Below, piece by piece: positions 27,401 through 38,919 of a stretch of DNA of 64,000 nt. Location of the stretch: NCBI RefSeq assembly GCF_009914755.1, contig NC_060931.1; one strand, given 5' to 3'. The number at the start of each line of letters is the position of its first letter. Position 1 is the first letter of the stretch. Position numbers and translations under genes: made by a program. The stretch is from the human T2T-CHM13v2.0 reference genome, Homo sapiens. The notes beneath the pieces were generated by a model. The model saw only the letters and a list, made by a program, of their open reading frames with translations. It did no database searches and was not told where the DNA came from.

Positions 27401-28315
27401 ATTGTGTTTTCTTCTATTTTCACACTGAAATGTTTGTTGACTACTGTGATAGAAAACCAAGGCTGTCAGAGTATAAGGTAATAGAAGATTGTTGTTTGGT
27501 AGCATATTCTCAGAGAAGAGCAAGTCCCCATAATTTTGCCAAATGTGCTCTGGGGTTAGGCCTGTCCAATCCTGATGCGCTTCACCCATTGAACAATTCA
27601 TTTCATTATTCAATCATGTAAATGGAACATTAAAAAAACTGGTCACTTTTTTTCCTTTTAAAATTATTGTCCTCCTCTGATTCATTTATTTTACAATTAA
27701 CTATTGAACACTTAGCATGCAGGAGGACCGTTTTTCTAACCACAGAGGAATAGTAAACTAGACAAAAATCTTCATCCCCAGAGGAGCTTATGTTCTACAC
27801 CTGTAGTGCTCATGTCTTGAAATTTTACAACTACTAACTTAAAACTTTTGCTAGGGGACTCTGAAGAAAATGACAGCTTGAGTGTTTATCAACTCTTCTA
27901 CTCCCAATCATTTGTCTGTCTAAAGAGATAGCATGTATTCTCTGCCACTCTTAGAGGTGATTAGCCTTTGTGTACTTGTGATTTCCCTGCTGGAGAAAAG
28001 TCATGCTAACCTGCTTGTGCAGAGTCCTGGGAAGGTCGACTATGTCTTGCTAGACCTTGAGGACTTGCAGGAAAATTGAAAGCTGAAAGACTACTGCCTC
28101 ATAAGCTTGGTAAGTCCTAGGCAGATCCTCAGTAGTTGATTCCTGGTCAGCAGTTTTGTTTTATAAAAATTTTGATATGTACACCAGTAAAAGACGTATA
28201 TAGAAACATGAGACAAGAATAGTAACATCAGAGATAAATTAGATGGTTTTTCTAAGGCAGCAAGTACATATATGTAAAATATCACCTCAAAGAGCACGTG
28301 TAAAGAAAGAAACTA

Positions 28316-28592
28316 GAAGGCCCAGGCAGGAGGATTGCTTGAGGCCGCGAGTTTGAGACCAGCCTGAGAAACATAGCAAGACCTCCCCTTCACAAAAATT
28401 TTAAAAGTTAGCTGAGTCTGTTGGTGCACACCCGTAGTCCCAGATACTCAGAAAGCTGGGTTGGGAGGATTGCTTGAGCCCAGGAGTTTGAGGCTGCAGT
28501 GAGCTAAGATCACGCCACTGTATGCCAGCGTGGGAGACAAAACAAGACTCTGTCCCCACCGCCCCCTCCAAAAAAAAGAAAGAAAAGAAAAA
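28316..28592 (+). mobile_element. AluJ, 5'-truncated
   Basis: ggaggattgcttgagcccaggagtttgaggctgcagtgagc, the AluJ signature. Confidence 0.88.
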
Positions 28593-30067
28593 GAAATCAA
28601 CTAACAGATTCAAGGTGTCATTGAGAGGAACTATGTGTGGAGTAGTCAGGCATATTTATGACTTGAGAAGGTATATTGGAAAAGTAGTTAAATTTGAATG
28701 AGATTTAGGGAGAGCAGTTTAATAAAGAATTGTGTTTAGCTGAATAGAACCTTAAAATGAGAACAATTTAATAGAGTTAAATTAAATTTCAAGATAAAAG
28801 TTTACATACTTTATGCAAGTACCTCAAACCTGGACAAAGTTGTAATGTCAGGAATTAGCCACAAACATTTCTTCTTTGATTGAAATTTAAGGTACTTTCA
28901 ACACACTTGCTTCACTCTTAATATTTGATTCAAATTATGTTTTTCATAATTTTATATAATGCCAAATCAACTAAAGCAGATTTTACTCTTACAAATCATG
29001 TACACATATGTATAATAATGAGACTGCATGGAGTCCAGATAAAAATTACATTTTCTTATGCACTCACAAAATAAGGAGGTTTGATCCCTGTTTTGGAAAT
29101 GTCCACCAAATAATACAATTTTCTCTGGGGACTTTAGAAATAGGCCAATCTAATGAAAAAGAAAAGACACATTGAAATGCAGAACATGTTCTTCTTGAAA
29201 ATATTGATGTATTAAATATTTATGCAAACATATTAAATTGGCAAGTGTATGAAAACATTATTACATATTCATCACCTTCACATTTCATCTTTTTGAGAAC
29301 TTCTTTCCTATAAAACTAAAATGGAAGACTAAAAGTTTTCCAAAGCCACATTTTTCGAATTAATAACATTAGATAGTTTTTCTTCAGTTTATATTAATTC
29401 ACATAAATAACAAAATTAATGTTGGAACTGGAAAAGGCTAATAATTTATTCAAAATAGAAGCACTAAAGTGCTGTTTCATCATTAGCCTTTCTTCCTAAA
29501 ACCTGAATTGGAGCTTCCTTTTATGAAAGATGCTCCCTTAGAGTGAATATTCACTTTGAAAAATAAATGAGCTCTTTTAGGTCATGGAGTTATTTACCAA
29601 ACAACTGGCTTTGTAACTACTCCAAATGTCATAAGAGAATTAATGCATTTCCAAATTTCTAACTTCTCCCAGAGTGTAATAAATCTTTGTTGACTCTAAA
29701 ATTTTATGATCTTTGGAAAGTGTCATTTAAATTAAAATTTAAATTGATTATACTATCCTCTAATTAAAGTCAGAAAGTTGAAATGATTTTATATATGCTC
29801 TAAAAGCACTCATGTTTAATATAATCTGATTTGTTATGGTGATATTGTGTTCTGCATTCAAAGCTTTTTCTACTTCCCTTTCCTGCTAAATTCTTTCCCC
29901 ATTTCTTTCATCTTCTTCTTACCTCATTATTTATTTGATTGAAACATACTCATCACTATTTTATTCTTTTATCTTCCTATCTTTTCACCCCTCTGACCAT
30001 TTTTCACCGGCTTGTCTTCCTTTCTCGCTTGCACCACTCTCCTTTTGTTCACCCTTGTTGATATTTT

Positions 30068-30488
30068 TTAATTTTATAATACTTTAGTTTTAATTTTTGT
30101 GGTTACATAGTACGTGTACATATTTATGAGGTACATGAGATGTTTTGATACAGGCATGCAATGAGTAATAATCACATCAGGGTAAATGGGGTATTCATCT
30201 CCTAAAGCATTTATCCTTTGTGTTACAAACAATATAATTATACTCTTTTATTTATTTTAAAATGCACAATTAAATTATTATTGACTGTAGTCATCCTGTT
30301 ATGCTATCAAATACTAGGCCTTATTCATTCATTCTATTTTTTTGTACCCATTAACCATCCCCACTTCCCCCTCAGCTCTCCACTACCCTTTCCTGCCTCT
30401 GATAACTATCCTTCAGTCATTTACAACAACATGGATGAAACTGGAGGTCATTATGTTAAGTGAAATTAGCCAGGCACAAAAAGACAAA
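30068..30488 (-). mobile_element. Short L1MA 3' end with a 5' inversion
   Basis: Minus-strand 3' UTR to about 30413, then plus-strand cagtcatttacaacaacatggatgaaactggagg. Degenerate TSD at 30053-30067 / 30489-30503. Confidence 0.85.
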
Positions 30489-31364
30489 CCTCTTTGATGT
30501 TTTAAAGATTGTTGTGTTAATTGTTTTTTCTCACTTTGAGTCCTCATGATCTCTGTTTTAATAGTTTGTTCACATTAACAACCCTGGGGTGGGGTAGCAA
30601 GTTCTTGGTGTTTACTCTACTTAATTTAACTTGGCTATTCCTATCTTACAGCCTGGTAAGAAAAATCCACATCGTGACACGGAAGAGATGGAGGAAGAAG
30701 AGAAAACAAAAGGTCAGAGATGTAGCCCTACATAGCTGATTTTAAAAGGAACTTAAAATTTTACTTTGGCTAAAATTGACCTCTCCTGTAATTTAATCCA
30801 AACCTCTATTGCTTGTGTGTGGCCAAGTTCAGTAGTCTTTGGAGTCTCACTTCTCTAATTATCCAAATGCATTTGTTGAAGCCCCATCCCCTGCCTCCTC
30901 CAAATCCCTTAATAGGTTTGATTCTGCTCACTGCTCATTGCTATTTTCATGGTGCCGCTGAATTCCGCTCTCCTTCTCTGTTTCTAGCCTTTTCAACATT
31001 GCTTTCTCCTCTCATCCCTGGCATGAAACACAGATGCTGGTTATTCAATCTCTAAAGCACTGTTCTTTTAAGAATAAACTTTTACTGAAGAATGGGGGAT
31101 AAAAGATGGAGCGTAAGCTCAGAACAGCACAGGGAGAAAATGTACAAGTAAAACTAAGTTATTTAGTTTAGAGCTTCTTGGTCAGACCCTCCTTAGTCCT
31201 GCTTGCCAATTTGTGCTAGATTATTTTTTTCCTGGTGACTGTTTCCCGCACCTCTCCTCCCCATTCAGGGACCCCAAAGCATGTTCTTCAGTGACCAGGA
31301 AAATATTTTATATTCTTAATACTTCATTATGGAGAAAAATTTATTTCATTTTGTATAACCACTG

Positions 31365-31823
31365 TGTGTTAGTTTCCCATGGCTTCCTTAACAACTTACT
31401 ACAAACTGGGTGGCTTAAAGCAACAGAAATTTATTTTTCTCAGTTTTGGAGGCCAGAAATCTGAAATCAAGGTGTCAGGAAGACCATGCTCTTTTCAGAG
31501 GCTCTAGAGAAGATTCATTTTTCTGCCTCCCTCCAGCTTCTTGTGGCTCCAGGCGTTCTTTGATTCTCCTTGGCTTGTGGCTGCATCACTGATTTCCGCT
31601 TCCGTGTTCATGTGGCTCTTCTTCCGCGTGTCTTCTCCTTTCTCTTACAAGGACACTTCGTTGCATTCAGGGCCCACTCAGGTAATTCAGGATGATCTCA
31701 TGCCAAGACCCCTAATCTAATTACATCTACAAAGATCCCTTATCCAAGTAAGGTCACCTTCACGGGTTCTGGGAATTAGGATTTAGGCATATCTTTTGGG
31801 GAGCCATCATTCAATGCACGACA
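31365..31823 (-). mobile_element. MLT1C-like LTR
   Basis: caaactgggtggcttaaagcaacagaaattta...tacatctacaaagatcc...ttcaatgcacgaca. Confidence 0.88.
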
Positions 31824-32382
31824 TAATCTAAACAGACTCCAGTTTTCTCAGCTTTAACAGAGACAATCAATCAAATAAGTTTTTGATTTAATTTAAAAAT
31901 AAAAACAGTATTTCTGTCTCTCAGAATAATTCTGCAGCCCAGTTCTTAGAGCAAATTACAGTTAGATTTAAAAGAATGCTTTTCTTCTCATTTTAAAGAT
32001 TTCTCTTTAAAAATTGTTAAAATGACCTAACATTTTAAAAGACGGAAAAGTAATTGTAATATCAAAAACTTAACACAACTACATATTTATACAAATGCCT
32101 TTATAATCTTTGTGTATATGTGTGTATATATACATGTGAATGTATAAATACATACTTGTAATCATGATGTACTTAACAACTGCAGATTGTGTTTAATCTT
32201 AGCATATTAAATAAGTTTTTTCAATGTTTTAACGTATGTTTTAATTTACCACTTTTTAATTTTTTAATCTTAATGATTTAAGAAAGTATTAGTCATTGTA
32301 GAAAATACAAATAAACTAAAAGAAAAATGAATCACCTGAAATTCTTTTAAAAAAGAAAGCCAATCTGGAGACACATACATCT

Positions 32383-32688
32383 GTTTTGTTTTGTTTTGTT
32401 TTGTTTTTTGAGACGGAGTCTCGCTCTGTGGCCAGCCGGGAGTGCAGTGGAGCGATCTCAGCTAACTGCAGGCTCCCTCTCCTGGGTTCAAGTGATTCTC
32501 TTGCTTCAGCCTCTTGAGTAGCTGGTATTACAGGCATGCGGCCCCACACCCAGATAATTTTTGTATTTTTAGTAGAGACGGGGTTTCACCATGTTGGCCA
32601 GGATGGTCTCAATCTCCTGACCTTGTGATCCACCTGCCTCGGCCTCCCAAAGTACTGGGATTACAGGCGTGAGCCACTGCACCCAGCC
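32383..32688 (-). mobile_element. AluS (Sc-like) with a (TTTTG)n tail
   Basis: Reverse Alu dimer containing ggccaggatggtctcaatctcctgaccttgtgatcc. Confidence 0.93.
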
Positions 32689-35454
32689 TCTGTATTTTTT
32701 AATTTAATTATATCTTCATGTTTGTATGAATCTATATCTGTAGCTGTATCTACATTTATTTAGTTTTGGCTATAACCCCATTTCAGGAACTAGTTGACTA
32801 AAAAATAAACTTCTATTGTTTTTGAATTATTACATATTTTGTGGTCTTTTAAAAAGTACTGCAACCTCCTCTATGAATGAATACACTTGTTTTTATAAGT
32901 TTTGAAACATATTGTTGAATGACATTTCTCAAAGCCTAAGCACAGATGATAATCCCTACTGCTTCTTAACCAAGATTATAATGACAATCTTAGAATCAAA
33001 TGTTATCAATTTTAATATTTATTAGAGAATGTCTGACAACACTTTCTAGAGATTCTCTTATTTTATCATGTTGCCAATTTTCCTAAAAAGTGTTAAGTGA
33101 GATTGTTAAGGCTACAATGGATGCAAATAATGTTAATACTATAATGAATGCAAAATTATTAATTTAACCATTCTTCCATCATTAAACCTTGTATATATTT
33201 CTAATTTTTTATTGTTATGTTTATACATATTGATTTCTCTGCAGCTAAATTATTCAGTTACATAAATTTCCCAGAAATGTGGGTATTCAGGGAAATTGTG
33301 GAAATAAATCTAGTCTTCATACAGATTGCAGTTTGCCTTTTATAAGGGTTATATGAAGACAGTTTCATCAGAGTATAAGAGTAAACCGGTTTTACCTCAA
33401 GTTCATTATCATTGTTGTATTTTGATATTAACATCAGTATTTTTAATATAAAAGTAATAGAATTCCACCATAAGATTAGTTTAATTGCATTGCTTCTGTC
33501 TCAGAATTGAAGTTTATATAAGTTCCTAAATAGCTTTAAACTCATTTAATGTAATTTATTTTTGTCTACTTATTTTTGGGAGGCTTAATTTGAATAAATT
33601 GTGTTTTTATTGCAGATAGATCGTCCCTCTGGTGATCTTTATCTATTTAAATTTCCTATGATTTGTTTTTACTCAATTTATTAGTCTATAAAGAATTTAG
33701 ATTGATATAAGGTCAATTTCCACAGATTGCTAATTAATAATCTTTATTTATTAGTAGTCCTTCTCTGTTACTTTATGTTGCCTATGTCTAAAAAATTTTC
33801 TATAGTTTTGTTCAGGCATTTTCACTATGTTCTATTTATCATCACACTTATTTTTGTTCTAACAGCATGCTGTTTTGATTATCACTGTTTTAAAATGTGA
33901 CTTGATATCTGGCAGAGTCGGCAGCCCCACCTCACAGTTATGCTATTAAACATTTAAAAAATAATATCTTTTTTTTTGCATTTTAAAAAGTTTTGTGAAT
34001 TGGCAAGAAAATAATTAAGGACTATTTTAATGGGTAGTGTGCCAACCCCACAGAGCAACTTATGTGAGAGTACCTTTAAAATATATTAGTCAATAGTCAA
34101 TATTTGCATTATAGAAGAATCAGAAAATATCCAAGGAGTATTTTCATACTAAAACAGGTGTTTTCAAATGGGAACTAAGAAATATGTGATTATTTATTGG
34201 TTAAGATAAAATGAAAATTAATATTACTGTACTATATTAGGGGCTTTTTTTGTTTTTAAATTCGAATATACAGGTATTTTGTAGGAATTTTGGCTTACTT
34301 GAAATATCACCGGATGTCAGGCTATCATCCCTGAAAATTGTATGGGTTTTATATTCTGCCATTCTTTTAACATAGGAGTCTAGCAACCTACAACAAAAGA
34401 TAAAATATCTTACAAAGCTCAGGAGTTAAAGGGAAATGTTCTAATATTGCAAGAAGTCAGGAAATACAGCTTTGTTTTGGAGGAATGGAACTACATTTAT
34501 ATCTGGAAGTTAATTAGATATTGTGACTTATAACCAATATGATCTAATTCATAATGAAAGAATTTTGCAAAAAAAAAAAAAGATTTAAATTTTCATAGGA
34601 TATTTTTTGTGTTGGCGATTTGCCTGTGTAGTTGATTTGCATGAAGCATGATTAATGATAATTAAGGAAATAGTTTTACCAGGTAGAAGGAGATGAAAAA
34701 TTATCCTCATAAAATAACACTTCACAGGGTAAGCATTTCAACATTAAAAAATGATTCATTGCGATTTTGTGACATTAAACAACTATGTGAACTCGTAATA
34801 AGATAAACTTATTAGCCAGTGTTTGTTAATTTGATTTGTTTACCCCAGTCTTGAGTTTTCTAGGACAAAGGCTTAACGTTCCACTTCTTTCTACAAACTG
34901 CACAAGGTCATGAGGCAAATTACCAGATCAAGACAATTTGACAAGACAAATGCAAACATTATAAATCAGTTCATCTATGAGTAATTGAAGATGTGAAACT
35001 AAACATAGTAAAAATTCATGTTTGTTGTTGTTAAATTGCTAGATTACAATCTCAGTTTCTTTACTTTCAAAGGGTGAATGCTTTTGAGAAAATCAAATCC
35101 ATTTTACAACTCACACATAATGTTTTATGTGGCTGACAGCATAAGTGTTTTTATAAGTCTCCCATATAGTCTAAAATATAAAAGCCTTGGGTCATGTGAT
35201 ATGAATAGTTAATATATGAGTTTATATTTAGAATACAAAAGATAGTATAATAAATGCTATTAACTCAAAATAATATTGCTAAAATTATAGAACTTATATA
35301 TTGAATGAATGTATTATAAAGCTCATTTATTTCAACTTTGGTTCTTGACACATGTACAGTGGTTTAATACAGCCTTTATTTTGGCTGAGTGGCTATGGAT
35401 TTTTTATAATTATAAGAAGAGAACTGTGGCATATTCAGTATTTTTACTTGTAAT

Positions 35455-35628
35455 AAGGGTGGGCTTTATGGGCATGCCACCAATGTGGTTGCCCAGGAAT
35501 CCACGCTCTGAAGGGACCCACACTTTAATGTTCTGCTATTACTTTCTTGAAATTCTTAATAATATTTTAATTAAAGAAACCTCCTTTTCATTTCGCATTG
35601 GGCTCCTAAAATTATATAGCTCATCCTG
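35455..35628 (+). mobile_element. MER91A-like hAT-Tip100 element
   Basis: tttaatgttctgct...tcttgaaattcttaataat...cattgggctcctaaaattatatagc..cctg. Degenerate 8-bp TSD cttgtaat / tctgtaac. Confidence 0.7.
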
Positions 35629-35959
35629 TCTGTAACCAAATACTATTTCTGAGACCCTCTTGTGTTACAGTTCCCTTTAAGCAAAAGACTACAGTCCTCT
35701 GATATTTGGGGGGTTTTCTTCTTGTTTTTTTTTTTTATGTATACTTTCTTTTCCTTAAAGTTCAAAAAGAGAACTCATTTAGGGGCATACTGGCATGTGT
35801 GAATTGTTTTATTTTTCTGATCACATGACTTTTGGTTTTAGGCTACAACTCTTGCACTTTTCTTCCTCTTAGAAAATGTATTAATAAGATAATGTTGTAA
35901 ATGCTGTTGCAACTGCAAGCTGCATTACGTGGCCTCATATTTTCTTCCACTGACAAAAA

Positions 35960-36320
35960 AGTATGTATAACATAGTAAGTACTTTTATCTCCTTCACCTG
36001 GATTCAGTGATTATTAACATTTACACCATTTGCTTTGTCTCTCTCTCACACACATAGACACATTTTTCTTCGGATTCATTTGAAAGTAAATTACAAGTAT
36101 TTTGACATTTCACTCCAAAATATTTCAGCTTGTATCTCCTAAGAAAATTCTCCTGCATGACCTCAGTGCCATCCAAAATATTTAAAATTGATAAAATATA
36201 CCTAATATTATTTCAATTCAAATTTCTCCAATTGTCCCCAAATATTTTTTATTGATTTAAAAAACCTCTAGGATCCAACCCAGAATTATGCATTACCTTT
36301 GATTCACATGTCTCTAGTTT
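35960..36320 (-). mobile_element. L1MC4/5-like 3' end
   Basis: catttgaaagtaaattaca...aaatatttcagcttgtatctcctaagaa...ggatccaaccc. Confidence 0.65.
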
Positions 36321-38437
36321 AATAAAAAATATCTATACTTGTGATTTTTCCTGAAGAGGATGTTAAGCTTGATGAAGGTAGGTATATTTTCTTTTTCTCC
36401 AATGTGGTGTGTGGAATTGAGGGAAAGACAAAAAAGAAAATTTTCTGTCTGCTCGTCTTGAGAAGCTATAAGCCTTGTATTATCTTCAAGGTAATAAGAA
36501 CAGATTGTATAATAGCCCCAGTGTACTGAAATTTATTTTAAATGTGAGAAGTATATTCAATTAGGTTGTGTTTTAAACTAAGTGTGGCATCTGGAAATCA
36601 GAAATTATAAATTTGGAATATACACTTTGTCTTTAAATGAATGGTTCCTTCCCTTGAATATGACATGGGAAGGGTCCAGGAAAAGTAGAAGAGGGTCCAA
36701 GCCGCAGTGAATGATACCGCCATCCTTCCAGACTTCACTGGGTTTCTCTGAGCCAGCAGACACGGTGGTGATCACATTGCTTGGCATTTGCTGGGAGCTG
36801 AGCCCTCTTCTCTCTCCATGGTTTTGTCAAGCTGGCACCATAACTTTGCAAACGGTGAAATGAGAACACATAAGTGCTGTGTAAACAGCAGGGACTCCTG
36901 TTTTTCTTTCTTTATCATTCTGTCATCTGAAGTCTTTCTCTACCTCCTGTGCTTATGGAATTCTTCTTTGAGGAGAGGGAGGCGTGTGGAATGGGATTGG
37001 GTGCTCTACTATTGGAGATTTATAGATAGGTCTTATTTGCTTGGTTGTGAATCCATGAATTATTTTGGAAAGGCAGTGTCTTTCTCTTGATGACTCAGAG
37101 AAACATCAGTCAGGATCAATGGCTTCTTGATGATGTAGGCTTAATGAATCCAAATCATTGAACTGAAACTTTTCTTTTAAAATTTCAAGGCATATAAACT
37201 CATGAAATCAGTTTTGTTTCTTATCATTTGCCATGTGTTCTCAGCTATCACTGTACAACTTTACTGTCTGACTTAACTGATATGCTTTTGCAAAATAAGT
37301 AATTGAAACTAAGTCTGAGAAAACCTCATCCTAAATTCTTTTCTTGACTTTGATTAAATCATCATCCCTGTCTTTGTTACTTGATTTGCTAGGGGGCAGT
37401 ACTAAAAATATTGCATAGGGACCTCAGGACTCTACAGGTCCCTCTTTTGCTTAGGGACCTCAGTACTGTACAGGCACTCTCACTCCACTTTTTAATCCTG
37501 TTGGGTTCATTTCAGGAGTACACATCACTATCTTAAGGATTTTCAAATTGCTGCTAAAAATGCCTTCTCTTTTTCTTGGTCCCTCCCTCTCTCCCTTCTT
37601 TCTTTCTCTCCTTCCTTCCTTTCTTAGTTCTATTTGGAACCTAAACTGAGTTAGACATTAGGCAATTGCAAAACATTGTTTTTTCTTATTTCAAAGTTTT
37701 AAACCTCTGTTCAGTTAAATATTAGGGTAAAACAGAACAGATCTATCAAAAATGAAAAATGGTCGCTATGAAGAAAGAGTGCAATCAGTAAGCTAATAAG
37801 GCAGCCTAGAGTGAAAGAATTTAGAACTGTTAGGGAAAAACAAAAACTAGATTAAAATATGTAGTTTCTGAAGACTTTCTCAAAAAAGTATTTTGTTCAA
37901 TTAAGTTATTTTAAAATTTTCATAGCTTTTCATATTGTAGTCTCTTTTATAGATACATCTGACAAAACTTTTAAAACACTGAACTATTTTGGTTTCCAGT
38001 GCTGTGTAGTCCAGGTCAAGAATGGCAGTGGCTGGGTCCTGAATTTCTGGCTTGCTGGCTTGGTCCCAGCTACAGCTGAGGAGATCTATGTCCAGTAGTA
38101 CCCCGGGGAAGAGGGCTCAGCTTACATGTGGAAGGGCCTCACCTATCTGTTGCACTTTCCTAGGGGAAAGTGAGCATGCTTAATACTTTCCTGAAGCAGC
38201 CCTGTGAAGAACTCTGAGATCCAGGAACATTACCTACCCTATCTCTGCATCAGATCTAGGCTCTTTCCCTGGTGAGACTGTAACCAAATTCTATTCCATA
38301 ACCCTTATATGAATCTGCTTCTGATTGGCTGTAAAGGGGATAGCATTGATTTGGACCACGACTTTCTATATGGGCTAGAAAAGTATATGGGACCTTGTGC
38401 CCATTTTCTTTACTTGTATCAAGTGGTGACCAGTATA

Positions 38438-38806
38438 CAGATGGTCCCCCACTTAGGATGGTTTGACTTAAAATCTTTTTACTTTCAAATGTATAATATT
38501 ATGAAAGTGATACCATTAAGTAGAAACTGTGCTTTGAACATTCATACACTTATTCTGGTCTTTGTTTTCAGAACAGTATTCAATAAATTACATGATACAG
38601 CCAATACTTTATTATTAAATAGGCATCATATTAGATGATTTTGCTCTACTCTAGGCTAATGCAAGTGTTCCGAGCACATGTAAGGTAGGCCAGACTAGGC
38701 TATGTCTGGTAAGTCAGGTGTGTTACATGCATTTTTGACTTACAATATTTTCAATTTAGGATGAGTTTCTCAGGCCATAACCCCATTGTAAGTTAAGTAG
38801 TATCTG
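38438..38806 (-). mobile_element. MER47A (TcMar-Tigger) DNA transposon
   Basis: TA|CAGATGGTCCCCCACTTA...TAAGTTAAGTAGTATCTG|TA: terminal inverted repeats with a TA duplication. Confidence 0.85.
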
Positions 38807-38919
38807 TACTGATCTTCCATCTCTTTGCTTGTGGCAAGAGATGGCATAAATAAATACATAAACTTAGATTGGTCATGAGGAAATAAAACAAAACAAACAC
38901 CAGAGAATCAGGTAGTGGG

